Origin: Patescibacteria group bacterium
Lineage (GTDB): Bacteria > Patescibacteriota > Minisyncoccia > UBA6257 > 02-FULL-45-10c
Reading direction: 5' to 3'
Length of the DNA: 52,494 bases
Assembly: GCA_018896875.1 (NCBI GenBank)
Contig: JAHILT010000017.1
Coordinates: 1 to 52,494 of the forward strand
Part shown: one piece after another, positions 45,014 to 52,494 of the stretch
Position numbering within the stretch: the stretch's first letter is position 1
How the letters are laid out: the number at the start of each line of letters is the position of its first letter
Position numbers and translations under genes: made by a program
The notes under the pieces: generated by a model
Told to the model about the DNA's origin: nothing
The model's input: only the letters and a program-made list of their open reading frames with translations
The model's database searches: none

Positions 45014-45743
45014 TCCATAGTCTCACGCGTGAGACTATGGACTTTTTTAAAAATCACCCATTTTTTAATTATTTTACTTTTTAAGTAATTATATTCTTTA
45101 GTCTCACGCGTGAGACTAAAGAACCTTTAAGGTTTTTAACTGTCTACTTTATTGTTTTTTTAATTACCTTTTTATCAAGTTTTCGATTATCCAGTTTTTA
45201 CTTTTTACTAAGTAGCTATCCTATCCCCATGGTCTCACGTGTGAGACCATGGGGATAATGTAAATTCTAAAGCTATAAAATATTTAAAATATTTTCTGCG
45301 CCTTTATATTTTCGCTGATAAACTCTTATTTTTTTATGTTTTGTTAGAGTTGAATATTTTCTTTTTCTGTTGGGATTTTTACTATATCTTCTACCTTCTA
45401 AGATATCTTTTGTCTTACTTATTGTATTCGCCGAAACATTTAGAATTTTTTTAATATCACAATATTTTTTATTTTGATTTAATAGTTTCATTGTCGCTAT
45501 TCTTCGAAAAATAATACATTTTTCATAATCAGTTAAAAACTTATCAAAGAACTTATTTAAACTATCAATAGAATTAATATTTTTGAATTCTCTTAATAAT
45601 TCATTAATAATTTCTTTCTCAATAAACTTATCTAGTTTTTTATTAATTGAAGACTTCATATTAAATTGATTGCTATTTTTTATATCAATAATAATTATAT
45701 CACAATAAACCTTACTTAGTCTCACGCGTGAGACTAAGTAAGG
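45014..45743. repeat. Four long palindromes sharing core GTCTCACGCGTGAGAC around the TrpR-like gene
   Basis: 45014-45041, 45094-45123, 45222-45257 (one central mismatch), 45710-45743; related copies at 3677-3690 and 5456-5475. Confidence 0.9.
45273..45659 (-). CDS. TrpR-like (YerC/YecD family) helix-turn-helix protein (start moved to MKSSINKK)
   Basis: FLT.YE...I.RR.A...LL....Y..I...LNVS..TISK matches the TrpR/YerC pattern; TGaTATAAT upstream. Confidence 0.75.
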   Translation of the reverse strand: MKSSINKKLDKFIEKEIINELLREFKNINSIDSLNKFFDKFLTDYEKCIIFRRIATMKLLNQNKKYCDIKKILNVSANTISKTKDILEGRRYSKNPNRKRKYSTLTKHKKIRVYQRKYKGAENILNIL

Positions 45744-45901
45744 CGTTCAATGACTAAATTTTTAATAACTGATTATTATTTCATTTCTCTCTGCTTGTCT
45801 GTGTGCGTGGTCGAGAATCTAGTTTTTCTGTTTATCGTTAGAAAATTAGTAATTTATCGTTTAGGGTTTGTTTGGGCCAATTAGAAATTATTAATTAGAA
45901 A

Positions 45902-46101
45902 CCCCGCACCAGAAACTTCGCCGGGCAGTGAGAATTCAATTGCCCCCGCTTAGCGGGGGCAGTAATTGAAATAAATCACTATCTGGAAATAAAAATAGTT
46001 AAGTAATATAAAAAAGTTATATAATTATTGATTGAATTTCTACTGACCCGGTTCGTTTCGGTGCGGGACTAGTCCAGCACTGAGCCCTGCTCTAGTGCTG
46101 G
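45902..46101. repeat. Nested inverted-repeat element plus adjacent hairpin
   Basis: CCCGCACC.GAAAC / GTTTCGGTGCGGG outer arms; CCGGGCAGT..AATTCAAT / ATTGAATT..ACTGACCCGG; inner TGCCCCCGCT t AGCGGGGGCA; CCAGCACT/AGTGCTGG. Confidence 0.7.
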
Positions 46102-46112
46102 GTTGTTTTAGT

Positions 46113-46547
46113 CTATATATTCTCATAATGTCTTATTTCGGAATTTTTGAATAGTTCTTTAAGATTAAGATCTTTGGGATTTTGAAGGTAAATTTCTATA
46201 GCAATTAAATCTATTTGCCATCCTTTTTCTTCATCTATTAATTCTGGATGAGAATTTGCATAAAGAAGCACAGTTCGTTTTACTTTTTTAAATTTAGCTG
46301 GATTAAGATTGTTTTCTGGTGAAAAACAATCTGTGAAACATTTTTCGTTTTGTTTCACAGAAGTGTGAAACATTTTTAATGCTTTAACTTCCACAAATAC
46401 TAGAGTTTTATCCTTTTTTCTACATATAACATCTATCTCTCCCCATGGATATCGAACATTTCTTTCAATTATCTTATATTTTTTATCCACTAAGTACTGG
46501 CAAGCGATATCTTCTCCTATTTGACCTATTCTAATATGGTTTGGCAT
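46113..46547 (-). CDS. yraN: YraN (UPF0102) family PD-(D/E)xK nuclease-like protein with repeat-derived insert
   Basis: G..GEDIA..YL....Y.I.ERN....GEID, LVFVEVK, IDLIAI, HYENI. Confidence 0.88.
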   Translation of the reverse strand: MPNHIRIGQIGEDIACQYLVDKKYKIIERNVRYPWGEIDVICRKKDKTLVFVEVKALKMFHTSVKQNEKCFTDCFSPENNLNPAKFKKVKRTVLLYANSHPELIDEEKGWQIDLIAIEIYLQNPKDLNLKELFKNSEIRHYENI

Positions 46548-47011
46548 AATTTTTTAATTTTAAATAATTATTTTACAAATAAGTTTAACATAAATTTATA
46601 GTGTGAGACATGTTTAATGTTTCACGAATTACATTAATTACATTTTACGTATAAGACTATACACAATGTTTGTCGTGAAACATATCGATATGTTTTTTGT
46701 ATGTTTTAAGTTATTTATGGGCAACATGGATTGTTTCACGAATTACATTAGATACATTTTATATATGAATTATTTATAATGTTTGTCGTGAAACATATTC
46801 GTGCGTCTATATAATAGAATAATACAATTTTTCCATGAATTAGATTATTAATAATTGAGTATAACTTGATGTTTCACGTTTTACATAATAATTATTTTAA
46901 GCATAAACTTGTAACCGATGTTTCACAAATTGTTTCACATTCGGCAATTTGTTTGTTATTAGCTTGCCGAATTAATTAAAAAGCGTGGAACATTTTTGTT
47001 CCACGCTTTTT
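46331..47011. repeat. Cluster of TGTTTCAC/GTGAAACA (parS half-site-like) repeats
   Basis: Ten half-sites between 46332 and 46939; duplicated ~65-bp unit (46618-46685, 46732-46798); two TGTTTGTCGTGAAACA (14/16 to the parS consensus). Confidence 0.8.
46978..47011 (-). terminator. Intrinsic terminator (bidirectional form)
   Basis: AAAAAGCGTGGAACA tttt TGTTCCACGCTTTTT. Confidence 0.75.
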
Positions 47012-47050
47012 AAGGGTTAGTTGATTAGAAAAGGTTAGGGGTAGTCTAGA

Positions 47051-47329
47051 TTAATTTTCTTCTTTCTCTATTTCTGATCTGATATATTCCATGGCTTCTT
47101 GTTCATTTTCTTTATATAATTCTATCAATTCGTTTTGTCGGTTTACAAACAAATCTCTAAATTTAGAAGCATATTTTTTTATCCAATCCTTTCTTATATC
47201 TTCTAATGATAATGATTTGTCCTGGTTTGCCATTAGGGAATGATATTCAATAACGCTTCTTTCAATTATTATAGCGTGTTCTTCCGGAGATAATTCTTTT
47301 TTTGGTTTTTTAAATTCTGGCGTTTTCAT
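47051..47329 (-). CDS. Small hypothetical protein
   Basis: 92-aa ORF between tRNA-Val and a terminator; W..KYA..FR helix motif. Confidence 0.6.
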   Translation of the reverse strand: MKTPEFKKPKKELSPEEHAIIIERSVIEYHSLMANQDKSLSLEDIRKDWIKKYASKFRDLFVNRQNELIELYKENEQEAMEYIRSEIEKEEN

Positions 47330-47383
47330 TTTTTTATTGTTTGCTATTAATTATAACTCTTCTTTTATTATTAGTTGTTTGTT

Positions 47384-47458
47384 TGGTGCGCGCTGAGGGA
47401 ATCGAACCCCCGACCTACTCGGTGTAAACGAGTCGCTCTGCCACTAAGCTAAGCGCGC
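47384..47458 (-). tRNA. tRNA-Val(TAC), CCA encoded
   Basis: GCGCGCT acceptor stem, ACTCG-TTTACAC-CGAGT anticodon arm, GGTTCGATTCC T-arm. Confidence 0.96.
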
Positions 47459-47506
47459 TAAAAATTTACTTTATAATAGCAATATTATTTTTTAATATCA
47501 ATATAA

Positions 47507-47538
47507 AAATCCCACACTCATTTTTGAGTGTGGGATTT
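47507..47538. repeat. CCCACAC-family hairpin overlapping a stop codon
   Basis: AAATCCCACACTCA tttt TGAGTGTGGGATTT. Confidence 0.75.
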
Positions 47539-47961
47539 AATTTTGCGAAGACACCATCCTTTTCTTGCTTTGAATATTATCCAAATTTCTGCATTGGAAA
47601 AATAAATTTGGAGAATTTTAATATCTTTATCCACAATAGAATATCCGTTAACCGAAGGATTGCTAATCGCCCATTTTCTATTTTTTGTGAGAAGGGCAGT
47701 GTATTCAATAAAAGTTTTTCTATTATGAGAAACAGAATAGCGCCAATTAATTATTAAGGGATTTTTTTGCTTGAAAAAGGTAGTTGTTATACAAAGTCCT
47801 AATCCAATCTTTTTGTTTTTAATCTCTCTATAGAACTTTATCTTGGTAACTGGTAGTAAAAAAGCTCCAATATAATCATATTTAATCTTTTTCCTGGCTT
47901 CCAATTCTATCCATTTGTTTTTGTCATTAAAATCCGGTATTTGATTGTATTCTATTTTCAT
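47518..47961 (-). CDS. Hypothetical protein
   Basis: AGAGGAGG SD upstream; hairpin at the stop. Confidence 0.55.
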   Translation of the reverse strand: MKIEYNQIPDFNDKNKWIELEARKKIKYDYIGAFLLPVTKIKFYREIKNKKIGLGLCITTTFFKQKNPLIINWRYSVSHNRKTFIEYTALLTKNRKWAISNPSVNGYSIVDKDIKILQIYFSNAEIWIIFKARKGWCLRKIKSHTQK

Positions 47962-48063
47962 TTTTGGATACCTCCTCTTATTTTATTTTCAAATAACACT
48001 AATTTCATATTAGTCTTATAAATGGACTGTGTCTAGACAAGATTAGTAAATTGTTGGGAATCA

Positions 48064-48334
48064 GGACTCTATTTTCATAATAATCTCTAACGCGATACTT
48101 GTAAATTTCATTTAGAACAAGGAGCGAGGAAGGAAATCGCAGTTTTACTGCCTTTCCGACAAGCGACGATGTTATGAATAAAATTTACAGTATCCCGAAG
48201 GGTTGCGGTCTAAGATTGAAAATTTCTGCGTTATGCTTCCTCGTTGTGGTATAAACCACCAAACTCGTCAGCAAGCCTTGAAATTTTCAACTTATCCTAG
48301 CAACGCGTTGAGAGCTATTATGAAAATAGAGTCC
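48064..48334. mobile_element. 271-bp MITE-like, highly structured element
   Basis: 19-bp perfect TIR GGACTCTATTTTCATAATA extending imperfectly to ~31 bp; two long internal stems; second partial copy at 52421-52494. Confidence 0.75.
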
Positions 48335-48446
48335 ATATGTGAGTAAGTTGTGGAGATAATTAATTAATAGATTTGACTTTTTGAAAATTAAGTTGTAATA
48401 TATAGAGAATTGTTCATAAGTTCATTGAAAATTTTGCGTAAGGAGA

Positions 48447-49109
48447 GTGTTTATGGGAATAGATAAAAATCCTGGACACGGCCTTCCTGGAGGAGGCGGT
48501 GGCCTTATAAATGGTATTTCTACCTCTGTTAAAGTATTAATTTTTTCTGAAAGAGGACTTTTAATAGTAAGCGAGAAGGTTTTTGAAAAGAATAGTAAAT
48601 CTGAAAGATATAAAGAATCAATGAGCTACGAAGAAGCAGTTGGTCGGATTACAAAAAGAGCAAGTTCCAATAAAATTGAGTCAAAGATACTGGGGAATTT
48701 TTTTTATAAATTCAATGCCAGTATTAAAAATTGTAAAATCTTATTGACTGCTATAAGAGAGACAGTTGAAGAAACTGGATTATTAATCAATCCACGGATA
48801 TTAAAATTTTTTCCTGTTGACAGGAGAAACAAACACCAATCAATAATTTGTCTAGGAGAAATAGTTGCGGGAAAAATGAAAAAGGAATCCGAAGAAACTT
48901 TTAATTCTTGGATACCATTAGAAGACCTACCTTATGCATCAAATGATCTTCGAGCTGAAAATTTTCCATTGGCTGCGTCAATGTATGCTAGCCATAAGAA
49001 AAAATTTTTGCGCGATGGATTAGAAATTCTTTTAAAAGAAAATTATAAGTTTCCTTTTCCAGAGGAAGAGGTAATAAATTTTCTTAAAGAAAAAACCCCC
49101 TCGTTATGA
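48447..49109 (+). CDS. NUDIX-fold hydrolase-like protein
   Basis: Partial Nudix box TAIRETVEETGL; AAGGAG SD, upstream TTGACT promoter and boxA-like GTTCATTGAAAA. Confidence 0.65.
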   Translation: MFMGIDKNPGHGLPGGGGGLINGISTSVKVLIFSERGLLIVSEKVFEKNSKSERYKESMSYEEAVGRITKRASSNKIESKILGNFFYKFNASIKNCKILLTAIRETVEETGLLINPRILKFFPVDRRNKHQSIICLGEIVAGKMKKESEETFNSWIPLEDLPYASNDLRAENFPLAASMYASHKKKFLRDGLEILLKENYKFPFPEEEVINFLKEKTPSL

Positions 49110-49119
49110 GGGGGTTTTT
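49091..49119. terminator. Bidirectional intrinsic terminator
   Basis: AAAAACCCCCTC gttat GAGGGGGTTTTT. Confidence 0.8.
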
Positions 49120-49127
49120 ATATTGAG

Positions 49128-49200
49128 TGGGTCAGGAAGGAATCGAACCTTCGATCGCCGAGGTATAAGCTCGGTGCTTTAGCCGCTAAGCTACTGACCC
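49128..49200 (-). tRNA. tRNA-Ile(TAT), CCA not encoded
   Basis: GGGTCAG acceptor stem, CCGAG-CTTATAC-CTCGG anticodon arm, GAAGG-TTCGATT-CCTTC T-arm, discriminator A. Confidence 0.93.
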
Positions 49201-49209
49201 AAATATTTA

Positions 49210-51048
49210 TTAAACTTCAATGGGTTTTATCTTATAGTCTTTTAGCAATTTATAAAAGTCTTCTTGTTCTAATGTTTCTTTTTCTATTAGTGTTTTAGCT
49301 ATTTTTTCTAATATTTTTTGGTGCAATTTAAGTATCCTCTGTGAGGCTTTATAGGCACGGTTTATAAGACTTCTTACTTCTTTGTCTATTTCTACTGCTA
49401 CTTCTTCAGAATAATTTTTTGTAGTAGATATTTCTCTTCCTAAAAACACAAGCTCTTGAGATTCTCCAAAAGTCATTGGTCCTAGTTTTTCGCTCATTCC
49501 GAATTGTGTGACAAGAGCCCTTGCTAATTTAGTGGCTTCTCTTAAATCATTAGATGCTCCCGTGCTTACTTCTCCAAAAATACTCTTTTCAGCCGCATAT
49601 CCTCCCATTAAGGTAGCTAAATCACTTAAGAATTGACTTTTAGTTTTAAGATGAGTTTCTTCTATTGGAAGCTTCATTGTGTAGCCTCCAGCACGGCCAC
49701 GACTAATAATTGAAATTTTATGAACAGGATCTGATCCTTTGATGCTAGCTGTTACTAAGGCGTGTCCAGCTTCATGATAAGCAGTTATTTCCTTCTCTTT
49801 TAATGAAATAACTCGACCCCTACGTTCTGGTCCAAGTAAAACTTTTTCAACTGATTCAAATAAATCGTCTTGTGAAATTGTTTTTCTGTTATTTCTAGCG
49901 GCTAAAATAGCAGCCTCATTCATAAGGTTGGCTAAATCTGCTCCAGAGAAACCAGGTGTTCTTACGGCTACCTTACGTAGATTAACATTCTTCTCAATGA
50001 TTTTATCAGCACCATGAATTTGTAGGATAGCTTCACGATCATTAATGTCGGGGAGATCTAGAACTACCTGCCTATCAAATCTACCCGGTCTTAATAAAGC
50101 ACGATCTAAAACATCTGGTCTGTTAGTTGCAGCAATAACTATAATTCTTGCTTCTTTTTCAAAACCATCCATTTCTACTAAAATTTGATTTAATGTTTGC
50201 TCTCTTTCATCGTGACCTCCCCCTATTCCTGTTCCTCTTTCTCGTCCGACTGCGTCTATCTCGTCTATAAATAAAATTGAAGGAGCAGATTTTTTAGCCG
50301 TATCAAAGATATTTCTTATTCTAGATGCTCCCACTCCAACAAACATTTCCACAAATTCAGATGCTGATATATAAAAGAAGGGTACACCACTTTCTCCAGC
50401 TACTGCGCGTGCCAATAATGTTTTTCCTGTACCAGGTGATCCCATCAACAATACTCCACGAGGAATTTTCGCTCCTATCGCTAAATATTTTTTAGGATTT
50501 TTCAAAAAATCAACAATCTCTACTAATTCTTGCTTCGCCTCTTTGAGCCCAGCCACATCTTTAAAAGTAACGCGATTTTTTAATGAATTAAAAAGTTTGA
50601 GATTGGATTTTCCGAAAGATAGAGCCTGATTAACTCCGCCCTTAGCTTGCTTAAGAATAAACAAAAAAATGGCGATAATTATAATTAATGGCAACAATGT
50701 CGGGATTATTATGCCCATCCAAAATTTAAATCCAGACCTATCTTTGATTTCTATATCTACGTTATCTAGGATACTAGATTCTATTCCGTAGTTTTTTAAA
50801 GTTTGACTAAGTCCTGCTTCTGCTTCTTTTTTAGCTATCGCTTTTTTATCATCTTTAAGATCAATAGAAAGATCGTCCCCCCGAACAGTTATTTTGGTTA
50901 TTTCTCCGCTGTTTATTTTTGATACTATTTGGTTGATAGATAATGTTTCGGCTTTCTCTGTATTTTCAAATAACAATGAAAAAACAAGCATAAAAACAAA
51001 CATTGTAATAATTGCCCAAAAAATATTTTTATAAATTAGTTTTTGCAT
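49210..51048 (-). CDS. ftsH: ATP-dependent zinc metalloprotease FtsH (start moved to MQKLIYK)
   Basis: Two TMs, [43 protein letters not shown]. Confidence 0.97.
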   Translation of the reverse strand: MQKLIYKNIFWAIITMFVFMLVFSLLFENTEKAETLSINQIVSKINSGEITKITVRGDDLSIDLKDDKKAIAKKEAEAGLSQTLKNYGIESSILDNVDIEIKDRSGFKFWMGIIIPTLLPLIIIIAIFLFILKQAKGGVNQALSFGKSNLKLFNSLKNRVTFKDVAGLKEAKQELVEIVDFLKNPKKYLAIGAKIPRGVLLMGSPGTGKTLLARAVAGESGVPFFYISASEFVEMFVGVGASRIRNIFDTAKKSAPSILFIDEIDAVGRERGTGIGGGHDEREQTLNQILVEMDGFEKEARIIVIAATNRPDVLDRALLRPGRFDRQVVLDLPDINDREAILQIHGADKIIEKNVNLRKVAVRTPGFSGADLANLMNEAAILAARNNRKTISQDDLFESVEKVLLGPERRGRVISLKEKEITAYHEAGHALVTASIKGSDPVHKISIISRGRAGGYTMKLPIEETHLKTKSQFLSDLATLMGGYAAEKSIFGEVSTGASNDLREATKLARALVTQFGMSEKLGPMTFGESQELVFLGREISTTKNYSEEVAVEIDKEVRSLINRAYKASQRILKLHQKILEKIAKTLIEKETLEQEDFYKLLKDYKIKPIEV

Positions 51049-51086
51049 AGCTATGATACTAATTAGATATACTAATATATGAAGCA

Positions 51087-51172
51087 ACGAATTTATTAAC
51101 GAATTGTTTAATCATGCGAATATATTGCAAATTTAATTCGTAGCCATTCGTCAATTTATTCGTTATTTCGTA
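51087..51172. repeat. Inverted ACGAAT / ATTCGT short-repeat arrays
   Basis: acgaatttattaacgaatt..gcgaat versus attcgtagccattcgtcaatttattcgttatttcgta. Confidence 0.6.
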
Positions 51173-51238
51173 TATTTAATATCACGTTATTTCTTAACCC
51201 TAGTAAATGCTCTTTGAGCAATTTTGCTTCCAGCAAAA

Positions 51239-52336
51239 TTATTTAACAGGGCGAAGTTTCAAAATAATTCTTTTTTCTTCTGGTTTTACTGAGTCAATTC
51301 GGAAAACATAACTCTTTTCTAATTCTAACCTATTTTTCATTTCTTCAACATTGCCATTAAATTCTGAAATGTGGATAATTCCTTGTATTTCTGGATCAAG
51401 TGCTACGAAAGCTCCAAAAGGATTAAATTTAGTAATAGTGCCATTAATTTCTTGGTCGGCTTTGTATTTTTCTTTCACTTTGTCCCATGGATTTGGCTGA
51501 AGGGACTTTAAGGATAGATTGACACGTCCGTCTTTAATTTCAACTATTTTAACTTTAACATTATCATCTATTTTTACGATTTCTTTTGGATTTTCAATTA
51601 ATTTATGACTAAGTTCAGAAATATGAACAAGTCCTTCAATTTGTGGGTTATCGGTAAAACGAATAAACGCTCCAAAACTAGCTACCCCAGAAATAATTCC
51701 GTCAATAATATCACCTACATTGTATTTAGAAAGCGAGTCGTTTATATCTTGTCTGCTGATTTCTTTTTCAGAAACAATAAGTTTATTGTTTCTTGGGTTA
51801 AGATCAATTACTTTGACAGCAAGCTCTTGTTCTACAAATTTTTTCAATTCTTCTAATATTTTTTCTTTAGAACCATTATTTACGCGTGGATAATGTTCTG
51901 TGGAAAGTTGTGAAACAGGTAGAAACGCTTTTATTCCTTCTATTTCGGCGATAAGTCCTCCAGAGTTAGCCGCGATTATTTTTATTTTTATCTCTTCTCC
52001 TTTCTCTTCAAATTCTTTGAGTTTTTGCCATATCTTTTGTCGTCCAGCTTCTGAAAGTGAGAGCTCTACGTAGCCATCCTCATTTTCTATTAAAACAACT
52101 TTTGCAGAAACAGGGTCGTTTTCTTTTAAATTTTTAAAGATTTCTTTAGCATTAAATATCTCTTGACGGTAAATTATTCCTGTGCCGAATTTTCCTAAAT
52201 CAAAAAAAGCCGCTTTAGGCGTTCTTTTAAGAAGTCTGGCTTCAACCACTTCTCCTTCTTTAAGTCCGAAAATTAAATTCGGAGAATTTTTAAGAAGACA
52301 ATCAATAATTGTGTCCGCTTTTTTAATATCTGTCAT
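51239..52336 (-). CDS. rpsA: 30S ribosomal protein S1 (four S1 domains)
   Basis: AFLPVSQLS, FGAF, EGLVHISELS, LSLK.LQPNPW. Confidence 0.9.
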   Translation of the reverse strand: MTDIKKADTIIDCLLKNSPNLIFGLKEGEVVEARLLKRTPKAAFFDLGKFGTGIIYRQEIFNAKEIFKNLKENDPVSAKVVLIENEDGYVELSLSEAGRQKIWQKLKEFEEKGEEIKIKIIAANSGGLIAEIEGIKAFLPVSQLSTEHYPRVNNGSKEKILEELKKFVEQELAVKVIDLNPRNNKLIVSEKEISRQDINDSLSKYNVGDIIDGIISGVASFGAFIRFTDNPQIEGLVHISELSHKLIENPKEIVKIDDNVKVKIVEIKDGRVNLSLKSLQPNPWDKVKEKYKADQEINGTITKFNPFGAFVALDPEIQGIIHISEFNGNVEEMKNRLELEKSYVFRIDSVKPEEKRIILKLRPVK

Positions 52337-52420
52337 ATTTATTTTTTTAGAATTTAATGCTTAATTTATATTAATAGTAAGTCTACAGTTAATAAAATCA
52401 GCGTTTTAATTATAATATAA

Positions 52421-52494
52421 GAATCTATATTTGTGATAATTCCTAAACGCGTTACTAGAATAAGTTGAAAATTCCAAGGCTTGCTGACGAGCTA
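52421..52494. mobile_element. Second, inverted copy of the 48064-48334 element, cut by the window end
   Basis: AACGCGTTACTAGAATAAGTTGAAAATTCCAAGGCTTGCTGACGAG matches the reverse complement of 48264-48309 with 3 mismatches. Confidence 0.8.

Noticed and set aside
45014-45743. CRISPR array interpretation of the GTCTCACGCGTGAGAC repeats
   Set aside because: The shared core is only 16 bp, spacing is irregular (81, 131 and 487 bp), one interval contains a gene, and no cas genes are in the window.
46618-46939. Canonical parS sites
   Set aside because: No intact TGTTTCACGTGAAACA 16-mer; only half-sites and 14/16 matches, so it is reported as parS-like only.
47384-49200. Integrative element or prophage at the tRNA genes
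   Set aside because: No integrase, no duplicated tRNA 3' end and no phage genes.
2431-52364. Many 60-176 aa ORFs antisense to long genes (e.g. 23100-23507, 28575-28886, 32100-32480, 42438-42827, 43278-43808)
   Set aside because: They are shadow frames of well-supported genes, with no recognisable motifs or expression signals.

Overview
AT-rich bacterial chromosome segment spanning the replication origin (dnaN-oriC-dnaA / rpmH-rnpA-yidC-jag). The gene content points to a Patescibacteria/CPR (Parcubacteria-like) genome, which is an inference: stand-alone 5'-3' exonuclease, short YebC, PilB, ComM, a relaxase-less PrgI/VirB4/VirB6/pilin cluster, GYAWS..GWISF-repeat surface proteins and mostly SD-less housekeeping genes. 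It also carries tsaE, a class A PBP, rsmA, a UvrD/PcrA helicase, nusA, ftsH, rpsA, tRNA-Val(TAC) and a rare tRNA-Ile(TAT). The most striking unexplained structure is a set of five small nuclease or DNA-binding genes (GIY-YIG, DUF559, YraN, four-helix-bundle, TrpR/YerC-like), each enclosed by its own inverted-repeat or palindrome family. Solo copies of most of these repeat families recur elsewhere in the window. Short repeat elements (heptamer and TGTTTCAC repeats, plus unrelated GC-rich palindromes) are also inserted in frame inside genes (dnaN, yebC, DUF763, rsmA, yraN, a T4SS-cluster gene). Other notable items: a promoter-driven ~165-nt structured ncRNA candidate, a 271-bp multibranched MITE-like element with a second partial copy, and a duplicated promoter/boxA-like/SD module driving an unannotated 43-aa acidic peptide and an outer-membrane beta-barrel-like protein. 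All calls come from reading the sequence by eye; no searches were run.
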